In this document: positions 56,401 to 64,000 of the stretch, one piece after another
How positions within the stretch are numbered: position 1 is the first letter of the stretch
Layout: each line of letters begins with the position of its first letter
Assembly: GCA_022729235.1 (NCBI GenBank)
Contig: JALDAJ010000001.1
Span: 192,001 to 256,000, forward strand
Origin: Candidatus Nanohalarchaeota archaeon
GTDB taxonomy: Archaea; Nanohalarchaeota; Nanosalinia; Nanosalinales; Nanosalinaceae
Direction of reading: 5' to 3'
DNA: 64,000 bases
Notes under the pieces: generated by a model
What the model saw: the letters and a program-made list of their open reading frames with translations, nothing else
Databases searched by the model: none
What the model was told of the DNA's origin: nothing
Position numbers and translations under genes: made by a program

Positions 56401-56481
56401 GCGGGGGTAGCCAAGAATAGCTTGCCAACCCCCTCCTCAAAAACAATAGGCAAGCCTTTACCCCATGCGGGGGTAGCCAAG
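56401..56481. repeat. Duplication of tRNA-Leu 5' end at 66-nt offset with inverted copy
   Basis: GCGGGGGTAGCCAAG at 56401 and 56467; CTTGCCAACCCCC at 56421. Confidence 0.85.
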
Positions 56482-56549
56482 TGGCCAAAGGCGCAGGATT
56501 TAGGCTCCTGTCCTGCAGAGGTTCGCAGGTTCGAATCCTGTCCCCCGCA
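56467..56549 (+). tRNA. tRNA-Leu(TAG)
   Basis: GCGGGGG/CCCCCGC acceptor, CAGGA-TTTAGGC-TCCTG, long variable arm, GTTCGAATC. Confidence 0.94.
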
Positions 56550-56615
56550 CTATTACATCTCGCTCAAGACAGCGACCTGCAAACATTCCATGTTTGCTCT
56601 ATCTCAAAAGATGTC

Positions 56616-57266
56616 TCAGGAAGCCTCCGGCAACAGTTCTGGGAGAACATCTTGAGCGGTATAGGGTGATACTGCAAAGCCTGTGTCCGGTCCCTGTCTG
56701 GCACTGATTATACCTGCTACTTCTCCTTCTTGAGTTATCATAGGTCCGCCTGAATTACCTGGTCGTATAGATGCCTCTATCCTCACCGCGTCCTCTATTG
56801 TAACACCTTCCTGGGTCATGACGGAATGGTTTAAGCCACTTACTTCTCCTATAGTAGTCTTCTTCCCCTGTCCGTGCGGATTACCTATTATAAGCAGTTC
56901 CTGGTTCTTTTCCGGAAGCTCTTCAGCTATCTCAAGTTCATCGGCTTCAGACGGTATTTCCTCCATTTCCAGCACTGCTAGGTCGCTGTCGTAGTCCCTG
57001 CCTACAATCTCCGCATTTTTCCATTCTCCCTCACCGAAGCTTACGTGTATTGTTCCCAGAGGATTGTTTCTAGGGGCTACAACATGGTTATTTGTAACGA
57101 TGTAGTTTGACTCGTAAACAAAACCTGATCCCATATTCAGCTCCTCCCCTCCCCACCCCTTGATTTCGACCACAGATTCGCTATAACTCTCGTCAAAGCC
57201 CTCAATCTCTGCTGCTGCAGGATACACCAGAAAAGCCACGATAACTAGGAGATAGACCGGTTTCAT
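56616..57266 (-). CDS. Secreted HtrA-like trypsin serine protease without PDZ domain
   Basis: Signal peptide, GSGF, TNNHVV, DLAVL, GNSGGP. Confidence 0.92.
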   Translation of the reverse strand: MKPVYLLVIVAFLVYPAAAEIEGFDESYSESVVEIKGWGGEELNMGSGFVYESNYIVTNNHVVAPRNNPLGTIHVSFGEGEWKNAEIVGRDYDSDLAVLEMEEIPSEADELEIAEELPEKNQELLIIGNPHGQGKKTTIGEVSGLNHSVMTQEGVTIEDAVRIEASIRPGNSGGPMITQEGEVAGIISARQGPDTGFAVSPYTAQDVLPELLPEAS

Positions 57267-57360
57267 TGTCTTATCTATCTATATTTCTCAGTTTTGAAGA
57301 ACTCCTGTAGCGTATGTAATATTTGACGCTATATCAATTCCAGAAGAATCATATAAACCC

Positions 57361-57687
57361 TTAATAGTCATCTTCATCCTCTCTTACCTCATCCCAGAGT
57401 TCATCGAGACCGTTCTCACGGTATACCTCTCCTACCCTGTCATGCATTCCATCCATTAAACCTTCAAGCCCTTTGGCACCTACCACTGCACCGAGCATGA
57501 ACGCGCTGACAGAGTTATAATCAGAATAACTGTATAGCAATCCTGTAGCGGCTACCGGCTGGTACGTTTCTTGTCCAGCATTCCCAGGAAGTTTCCCTGC
57601 ATCATCAAGCAACCGCAGGGAACCGGCTATGCTAGCTGAAATCGTGGCTCCGGCTAGAAAGCTCCCTGCATACACAGAATCCTCCAT
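57361..57687 (-). CDS. Small membrane hypothetical protein
   Basis: Gly/Ala-rich hydrophobic helices, acidic tail. Confidence 0.55.
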   Translation of the reverse strand: MEDSVYAGSFLAGATISASIAGSLRLLDDAGKLPGNAGQETYQPVAATGLLYSYSDYNSVSAFMLGAVVGAKGLEGLMDGMHDRVGEVYRENGLDELWDEVREDEDDY

Positions 57688-57693
57688 CGGAAA

Positions 57694-58383
57694 TCACGGG
57701 TCGATGTGCCTCCCTTTTCCAGTCACCTGTTTCTGTTCAAACCCGGCGCCGAAACCGGCGCTCAGGACGCGGGTTATAGCCTCAGTTTTCGTCTCATCGG
57801 TTCTCGTCACCCATTGCTCATCTATCTCAACGAGGAAACCGGAGGTTATATTCGGGGAGGTCGGTATAAATACAAGGTTTTGTCCTCTTTTGCACCCGTT
57901 ACCAGTCTCAAACCCGGTGATTTTCATCCCTCCTAGGTCAACTTTAACCGGGTGCCCGAAGTCAGAGCTTCCGAGGACTGTGTCAGCAGTTGTCTTTGTT
58001 GCACTGTAAACCGTGCCCAAAATAGGCGTCTTACCGATTGTCCTGTCAACACCATCCTCTAAACGTGTACCATAACCAGTACTTGCAAACTTTCCTATAC
58101 CTGCGACCGCGATACCTCCAAGTACAGAGATAACTATCAGCTTTATAGCCTGGTTAACATAGTAATAAGAGGTAATTTCCAGGAAACCTGTCGCCGGTAC
58201 ACCGCTCATAAGTCCGAGAATCCAGAAAACGATAGCCAGCGTGATTATTATCGGCGATAAGAAAATTAGACCTGCTGCCATCGAGCTACTGCTTCTCCCT
58301 AGAAACCCTGGTTCCTTTCCAGACACCGTCTTTAATTCCCTGTTCTCATCCATTTCTACCCCCTCCTCTCCAAGCGTATTCAT
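57694..58383 (-). CDS. DUF502 membrane protein
   Basis: AGL..L.P...T, P....VYS, VFIPTSPNITSGFL, LSAG. Confidence 0.88.
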   Translation of the reverse strand: MNTLGEEGVEMDENRELKTVSGKEPGFLGRSSSSMAAGLIFLSPIIITLAIVFWILGLMSGVPATGFLEITSYYYVNQAIKLIVISVLGGIAVAGIGKFASTGYGTRLEDGVDRTIGKTPILGTVYSATKTTADTVLGSSDFGHPVKVDLGGMKITGFETGNGCKRGQNLVFIPTSPNITSGFLVEIDEQWVTRTDETKTEAITRVLSAGFGAGFEQKQVTGKGRHIDP

Positions 58384-58737
58384 TCTTACATGAAGACAAG
58401 GCTGGGTATCTCTGGATTAAAATAATAGTTACACCAGGAAATCCTCACTTTCAATATAGCCCTCTGAAAACCCTTGTATCCCTCCGCTTACCTCTCTATC
58501 CTCCGTCCCTCTAAAAGCTTTATACAGGCTCAGATATAGAAACAAAGAAGTAATAACAGGTTTAAAAGAATATAGCTGTAGTAAAATAGTTTTTATCATT
58601 AAATAGTTCAGTAAATAGCCTATATTAGGATTTAACTTTCTTTAAAAACTTCTTTGAAAGATAAAAGCTTTATACGTTCGGCAAAAGAGTCGAACAACCC
58701 AAAAACCACAGAAATAACTTTCATGAGGTGATACTAT

Positions 58738-59499
58738 ATGACAGACGATACAGACAGTAGTGACACGATAGATGTAGGAGAAGATGTTGACACAGATGTA
58801 AAAGGCGTAGGAGAAGACGTTGATACAACTAAAACCGAGGACAGAAATCTACGGCAACGTACCCGGGACTACTTTACAGCAGATGAAGATACAGAAGAAG
58901 GCTGGGGAGCACCCGCAGCAGGCACCCGATTCAGCAGAAGAGGATTTGTTACAGGTGCCGGAGCAGCAGTAATCGGTGCAGGAGTTCTAGGATACGGAGC
59001 CACGGAAGCAGATCTTCTAAACGAGGATCCGGCAGCACCAGCCCCTCCAGCAGTAGATGAAACACCGACACCCACCCCTGAGCCAGGAGTAGCTATAGAA
59101 AGGGAGAACGAATACCGGTTCGACTCCGAGCAAGAGTTAAAGGAAGCGACCCCGGAGGACTGGGTATGCAACCCTTCACCGGGGAACTACCTCGCCACAT
59201 TCAACTCTGACGAAGTAGAAGACTTGCTTACTGAGGGCGACCTCCACGGTACAGACCCAACTGGAACTCTAAACTCTGAAGAACGGGCAATGGACCTCGG
59301 CGACATAACGCCGCACCAAGGCCTTTACGCCCTAGACGTCGACCGGAGAAGTACCGACGATGGAGAAGAATACGGATTCTTTGTCCAGATTGTAGGTCAG
59401 GAAGAGGGAGGAGTCTACGCGACCAGGGGCGCAGCAGTCGAGATGATAGACGAACTTGAAAGACAGGACGATCTCGAAGGTTTCTACGAATGCACATGA
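58738..59499 (+). CDS. Acidic protein with twin-arginine-like signal and Pro/Thr linker
   Basis: SRRGFV + hydrophobic segment after an acidic N-terminal extension; PTPTPEP; GAGGTGA SD. Confidence 0.75.
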   Translation: MTDDTDSSDTIDVGEDVDTDVKGVGEDVDTTKTEDRNLRQRTRDYFTADEDTEEGWGAPAAGTRFSRRGFVTGAGAAVIGAGVLGYGATEADLLNEDPAAPAPPAVDETPTPTPEPGVAIERENEYRFDSEQELKEATPEDWVCNPSPGNYLATFNSDEVEDLLTEGDLHGTDPTGTLNSEERAMDLGDITPHQGLYALDVDRRSTDDGEEYGFFVQIVGQEEGGVYATRGAAVEMIDELERQDDLEGFYECT

Positions 59500-59516
59500 A
59501 GACGAGGTGAGAAGTA

Positions 59517-60824
59517 ATGAAATCTAGAAACCTCAGAGCCCCTCTTATTTTATTCTTAACCTTATTCCTGGCAGCAGGAGCTCTGGCTCTTGGAGAGGCA
59601 AGTACCTCCAGTTTCGGGAGCGACATGGAAGACAGAGACGTAGATGACGATCTCAGGTCAGGATTCGGAGATGACATCTACGATGAAGGACAGTCTGAAG
59701 AGTCAACCACGTCCAGCTCTGAGTCCACAGATTCGTCTACCCAAAGCACAGATTCAGAAAATGAAGAGACCACAGGAATCTCCTCTGAAGACTTTGGTGG
59801 AGACATAGATGACGAAGGAACATCAAGAGACGGATTCGGAGATGATATAGACGACGAGACAGGTGAGGAAGAAACCGAAGAAACAGAGGATACAGAAGTT
59901 ACGTCTGAAGACTTTGGTGAAGATATAGATGACGAAGGAACATCAAGAGACGGATTCGGAGACGACACAGATGATGAAGGATCACCAAGAGACGGATTCG
60001 GAGACGACACAGATGATGAAGGATCACCAAGAGACGGATTCGGAGACGACGTAGATGACGAATCGCCTGGCGATGGACCGGAAGATGAACCAGCTGACGA
60101 AGAGCAGGATGAAACAGAAGAAAACGAGGAAGAATCCGAGTCAGCTGCTGACGCTATAGACCCAGAACTCTCCTCTTCAGTCTGGCCCGGAACAGTGAAC
60201 ATAGGAGAGACTGTAACCGTTACAGGCAACGTCGTGGGAGTGGAAGATGAAGAGCTGACCGTCATGACCAACACAGGGATAGTCTCAACAGAACAAGTAG
60301 ATGGACAGCAGACCTTCCAGACCACGTTCACTCCTGAAGAGACAGGTACACACGAAGTAGAAGTTGTGGTAGGAGAACTCAGCGAGACCCACGATATCGA
60401 AGTACAGTCTACAGTAGATATCGAATCAATCACCTGGCCGAGTTCAGTTGAAGAAGGAGAGAGCTTCCAGGTATGCGCCGAAGTCTCTTCCGAGGAAGAC
60501 CCCGAGGTCAGACTGCTAAAGGATGGAGCACAGGTCGAGGTTAAGACAGGAGACGGCACGAAATGCTTCACGACACAGCTCCACCAGGTAGGCGACCACC
60601 AGTTAACGGTCGAAGCAGAAGTTGACGGGGACAGCGACACGGAGACAACAACAGTAAATGCCTACACAGTAGCGACCGGTACAGAACCTCAGAACAACCA
60701 GGGTATGATAGGAAGCTTCATGGACTCCATGTCCGCGAACCTCGGACTTGTGATTGCCGCTATACTGGCAGTCGCACTCGCAGGGTATGTCTACAGCAGT
60801 AGCAGAAGCCGGAGCAAAACCTGA
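59517..60824 (+). CDS. Cell-surface protein with acidic GFGDD repeats, Ig-like domains and C-terminal TM
   Basis: Signal peptide, repeated DGFGDD.DDE, beta-rich domains, TM plus basic tail. Confidence 0.8.
   Translation: MKSRNLRAPLILFLTLFLAAGALALGEASTSSFGSDMEDRDVDDDLRSGFGDDIYDEGQSEESTTSSSESTDSSTQSTDSENEETTGISSEDFGGDIDDEGTSRDGFGDDIDDETGEEETEETEDTEVTSEDFGEDIDDEGTSRDGFGDDTDDEGSPRDGFGDDTDDEGSPRDGFGDDVDDESPGDGPEDEPADEEQDETEENEEESESAADAIDPELSSSVWPGTVNIGETVTVTGNVVGVEDEELTVMTNTGIVSTEQVDGQQTFQTTFTPEETGTHEVEVVVGELSETHDIEVQSTVDIESITWPSSVEEGESFQVCAEVSSEEDPEVRLLKDGAQVEVKTGDGTKCFTTQLHQVGDHQLTVEAEVDGDSDTETTTVNAYTVATGTEPQNNQGMIGSFMDSMSANLGLVIAAILAVALAGYVYSSSRSRSKT
59784..60062 (+). repeat. In-frame 42-bp tandem repeats plus a 120-nt-offset duplication
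   Basis: CAAGAGACGGATTCGGAGACGACACAGATGATGAAGGATCAC at 59944 and 59986, partial at 60028; 59784/59904 duplication. Confidence 0.9.
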
Positions 60825-60889
60825 CAACCCCCCATTTCCTTTTCATTTTCTCCAGACAGGTACAAAGAAGGTGAAACAGGTGACCGAAG

Positions 60890-61561
60890 ATGAGAGAATA
60901 CCCAGAAAACGACAGTCAAATCCAGGAAGAAAACCCGGAGATAAACCGGAGAGACTACCTGAACGACTACGTAAAGCCTGCAGGAAAGGCTGCTCTGACA
61001 GGGAGTCTTGCAGGATGTTTCCACAGACCGACCGCTCCCAGACTGGAGGAGCGTGTCGAAGAAGTCGAAACCAGTATACGCCGGAACTTCCCCATAGGAG
61101 ACTACAACTTCAACTTTGAATGGAATACCACCGAACTAGATCTTTACCACATAGAGGAGACCAACGTACAGGACGCCAGTAACTTCGGGCTTTACGCAGA
61201 AGTAGACCTTGCCGATGACTCAGATGACCTATTTGGATGGCTGGAAGGAGCCTCCAGGGAAAGACAGGAACAGTTTTTCGAAATCCTCTCAGAACCTATG
61301 TACGACCTGAAGAACGAGATATACAGCGAGCTAAGAGACGCTACAGACCCCCAGAGACCGTTACACCGCAACCGTATAACCGAATACGGCGTACGGATAA
61401 ACGGAAGAAAATGCTCATATATCGAAGACTTCGTGCAGGGAGAAGACATGGACGAAACACTCAGGAGCGCAAGCCACTACAGAGACTACATAGGTACAGG
61501 AGAGGAAGTCCATGTAGAACTTGACAGAGGATGGCCATTCGGACTAGGATGGGTCTGCTAG
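60890..61561 (+). CDS. Putative Tat lipoprotein
   Basis: NRRDYL...SLAGC lipobox. Confidence 0.65.
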   Translation: MREYPENDSQIQEENPEINRRDYLNDYVKPAGKAALTGSLAGCFHRPTAPRLEERVEEVETSIRRNFPIGDYNFNFEWNTTELDLYHIEETNVQDASNFGLYAEVDLADDSDDLFGWLEGASRERQEQFFEILSEPMYDLKNEIYSELRDATDPQRPLHRNRITEYGVRINGRKCSYIEDFVQGEDMDETLRSASHYRDYIGTGEEVHVELDRGWPFGLGWVC

Positions 61562-61639
61562 AAATCCATCCCATAAACTTCTTGACATAATTAAAAAGAT
61601 TCACAACCTCACCCCTTATTGACGACCACGATACAACGT

Positions 61640-61714
61640 GGTGGGGGTAGGTTAGCTGGTCTATACTCCGACCTTGTGGCGGTCGGGACGCGGGTTCGAA
61701 TCCCGCCCCCCGCC
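61640..61714 (+). tRNA. tRNA-His(GTG) with genomically encoded G-1
   Basis: G + GTGGGGG/CCCCCGC + C73, CGACC-TTGTGGC-GGTCG, GTTCGAATC. Confidence 0.92.
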
Positions 61715-62869
61715 CTACCTTTCAACACCTGTTTCTCTCGCCGCCTCCTCTACTTTCTCCGCGACATCCATCGCCAGCTCACGATCAAGCGTTTCAGGAA
61801 CTATCTTATCTCTTTCAGACTCTACAAAATTCTTTATCGCCTCAGAGGCAGCCAGCTTCATCTCCTCGTTGATATCTGTTGCTCGGGCATCAAGCGCACC
61901 CCTGAAGACGCCCGGAAATGCAAGCGAGTTGTTCACCTGGTTGTCGAAGTCGGAGCGACCGGTCGCGGTGATGAAAGCTCCCGCGTCCCTCGCATCTTCT
62001 GGCATGATTTCGGGTTCAGGATTGGCGAGCGCGAAAACAACCGGGTCTTCTGCCATGCTCTCGATCATCTCCTCCGAGATGACACCTGCCGTAGAAAGAC
62101 CGATCACGGCGTCAGCACCCTCCATCGCGTCCTCCAGGGAACCCGACTCCTCCCTCGCAAGAGTCTTCTCCGCGAGTTCTGCCTTGTACCCATTTCCGCT
62201 CTCTGGATCCAGTACCCCCGAGGAGTCAACCGGAACAACTTTCTCCGCACCCGCGTTCACGAGAAAGTTCGCGACCGCGATTCCAGATGCTCCCGCACCT
62301 ATTATCACAATCCTCGAATCCTCCAGCGACTTCTCGGCGAGTTCGAGAGCGTTCTCCAGCGCCGCCTTAACTACTATAGCAGTGCCGTGCTGGTCGTCGT
62401 GGAAGACCGGTATATCCAGCTTCTCCTTCAAATCTTCTTCTATCTCGAAGCATTTAGGCGCGGATATATCCTCCAGGTTGATACCTCCAAACGTCGGAGC
62501 CATCCTTTCCACTGATTCGATTATTTTGTCCGTATCCTGAACATCCAGAACAACCGGGAAGCCATCGACATCTCCGAACTTTTTCATCAGGTTTGCCTTC
62601 CCTTCCATGACCGGCATCGATGCCTCCGGACCTATATCACCCAGCCCGAGTACAGCGCTTCCATCACTCACAACTGCGACCAGGTTACCCTTGCTGGTGT
62701 ACTGGTAAGCGTTCTCCCTGTCCCTATCGATCTCGTGACAGGGTTCTGCGACGCCCGGAGTGTAGACCAGTCCGAGGTCTTCCGCGTCATCTATCTCCAC
62801 GGATGGTTCGACACTGATTTTCCCAGGGTTCTTTGAGTGAAGTTCGAGAGCTTCTTCTCTATCTACCAT
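61715..62869 (-). CDS. NAD(P)-dependent malic enzyme (short type)
   Basis: [57 protein letters not shown]. Confidence 0.95.
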   Translation of the reverse strand: MVDREEALELHSKNPGKISVEPSVEIDDAEDLGLVYTPGVAEPCHEIDRDRENAYQYTSKGNLVAVVSDGSAVLGLGDIGPEASMPVMEGKANLMKKFGDVDGFPVVLDVQDTDKIIESVERMAPTFGGINLEDISAPKCFEIEEDLKEKLDIPVFHDDQHGTAIVVKAALENALELAEKSLEDSRIVIIGAGASGIAVANFLVNAGAEKVVPVDSSGVLDPESGNGYKAELAEKTLAREESGSLEDAMEGADAVIGLSTAGVISEEMIESMAEDPVVFALANPEPEIMPEDARDAGAFITATGRSDFDNQVNNSLAFPGVFRGALDARATDINEEMKLAASEAIKNFVESERDKIVPETLDRELAMDVAEKVEEAARETGVER

Positions 62870-62946
62870 AGACAAACCTGATTATCCCAGGAATTTAATC
62901 ATACCTACTTTACCTTGAGGTCACCAAAACAGCTAAAAGATAATTT

Positions 62947-62963
62947 ATATTACCATGTAATAT
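62947..62963. promoter_or_regulatory. Palindrome ATATTAC-CAT-GTAATAT overlapping the gdh start
   Basis: Perfect 7-bp inverted repeat in the divergent malic enzyme/GDH spacer. Confidence 0.4.
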
Positions 62964-64000
62964 GTCCGAACTGGAAGACGCGCGTCAGAACCTGGAAGAA
63001 GCATTAAACGCCATAGGTAAGGAAGAATACTACGATCACCTGAAGCACCCTGAACGTTTCGTTGAAGTGAATTTTCCTGTATCAATGGACGACGGCTCGA
63101 AAAAAGTTTTTACCGGCTACCGTTCACAGCACTCGACCGTCCGAGGTCCTGGAAAAGGAGGTATCCGTTTCTCACCCAATGTCAACGAGGAGGAAGTAAA
63201 GGCGCTGTCTATCTGGATGAGCCTGAAGTGCGCAGTAGCAGATATCCCCTACGGCGGTGCGAAAGGAGGAGTGATTGTAGACACAGAAGAGATCTCACAT
63301 GCAGAAGAAGAGCGCCTATCCCGCAGGTACATCGATGCAATAGCAGAAGTGATAGGCGTGAACCACGATGTCCCGGCGCCGGACATGAACACTACAAGCA
63401 AGCACATGGCGTGGATGATGGACGAATACAGCAGCGACAACCGGGAACACCGTCCAGGAGTAATAACCGGGAAACCCGTAGAAGCTTTCGGAAGCGAAGG
63501 CAGAGATGTCGCAACCGGATACGGTGCTGCATATGTTATAGAGAGGATAATAGAAGACGAGAATTTAAACCCTGATGAACTTACCGCTGCGATCCAGGGA
63601 TTCGGTAATGCGGCATCACCTGCGGTCAAGAAACTTATCGATATGGGTGTGAACGTCGTCGCGGTCTCCGACCACATCGGCGCCACCTACAACGAGAACG
63701 GGTTCACCCGGGAAGAGTTGACCAGCTGCGACAATGATCCGGGAATAGTATGTAAAGCCGGAGAAGACCTGGAAAACGGCGAACTCCTGGAGCTTGAAGT
63801 CGACTTCCTGGTACCCGCAGCTATCGAGAACGTGATAACGGAAGAAAACGCGGACAACGTCTCCGCGGACTACGTAGTGGAAATCGCGAACGGACCTACC
63901 ACTAGAGAGGCGGACGAGATACTGGAAGAAAAAGACATCACAATGGTCCCGGGTATCCTCGCGAACTCGGGCGGAGTAACTGTCTCCTACTACGAATGGG
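62962..64000 (+). CDS. gdhA: Glutamate dehydrogenase (Glu/Leu/Phe/Val family), runs off the window; absent from the ORF track
   Basis: GPGKGGIRF, MSLKCAV..IPYGGAKGG, DVPAPD, TGKP, IQGFGN, PAAIEN, EIANGP, LANSGGVTVSYYEW. Confidence 0.96.
   Translation, partial: MSELEDARQNLEEALNAIGKEEYYDHLKHPERFVEVNFPVSMDDGSKKVFTGYRSQHSTVRGPGKGGIRFSPNVNEEEVKALSIWMSLKCAVADIPYGGAKGGVIVDTEEISHAEEERLSRRYIDAIAEVIGVNHDVPAPDMNTTSKHMAWMMDEYSSDNREHRPGVITGKPVEAFGSEGRDVATGYGAAYVIERIIEDENLNPDELTAAIQGFGNAASPAVKKLIDMGVNVVAVSDHIGATYNENGFTREELTSCDNDPGIVCKAGEDLENGELLELEVDFLVPAAIENVITEENADNVSADYVVEIANGPTTREADEILEEKDITMVPGILANSGGVTVSYYEW

Noticed and set aside
59784-60062. Possible CRISPR array
   Set aside because: Repeats are contiguous 42-bp in-frame units inside a CDS, with no unique spacers and no cas genes
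61619-62540. Long + strand ORFs (298 and 288 aa)
   Set aside because: Antisense shadows of malic enzyme that overlap tRNA-His and lack the acidic composition of real genes

Overview
Gene-dense chromosomal window of an extremely halophilic DPANN archaeon, most likely Nanohaloarchaeota. This is inferred from the very acidic proteome, archaeal ribosomal/RNAP gene set, TrkAH, many leaderless genes with a TATA box about 25-30 nt upstream, and reduced operons. It holds the S6e-aIF2gamma...Rpo7-Spt4-S24e cluster, a fragmented L29-SUI1-Rnp1-S17...SecY operon, the S13-S4-S11-Rpo3 and L18e-L13-S9-Rpo10 operons and six tRNAs (three with 37/38 introns). Metabolic genes include a split ATP-citrate lyase-like system, a ThDP decarboxylase + SSADH pair, malic enzyme, GDH and lipoate ligases, and there are several surface proteins. 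The most striking unexplained signal is a family of short hairpin-rich insertions at gene-to-gene junctions of translation operons and at tRNA ends. Each re-creates the functional end it lands in (start codon, often with an SD, or a tRNA terminus). Six of twelve have a repeat offset of exactly 56 nt, and related hairpin modules are found in the tRNA introns. Also notable: an inserted MscS-C39-like/3x ATP-grasp/DUF1704 cluster, an unidentified ~125-nt K-turn RNA, and one helical domain appended to both S24e and L24. All calls come from reading motifs by eye; no searches were run.
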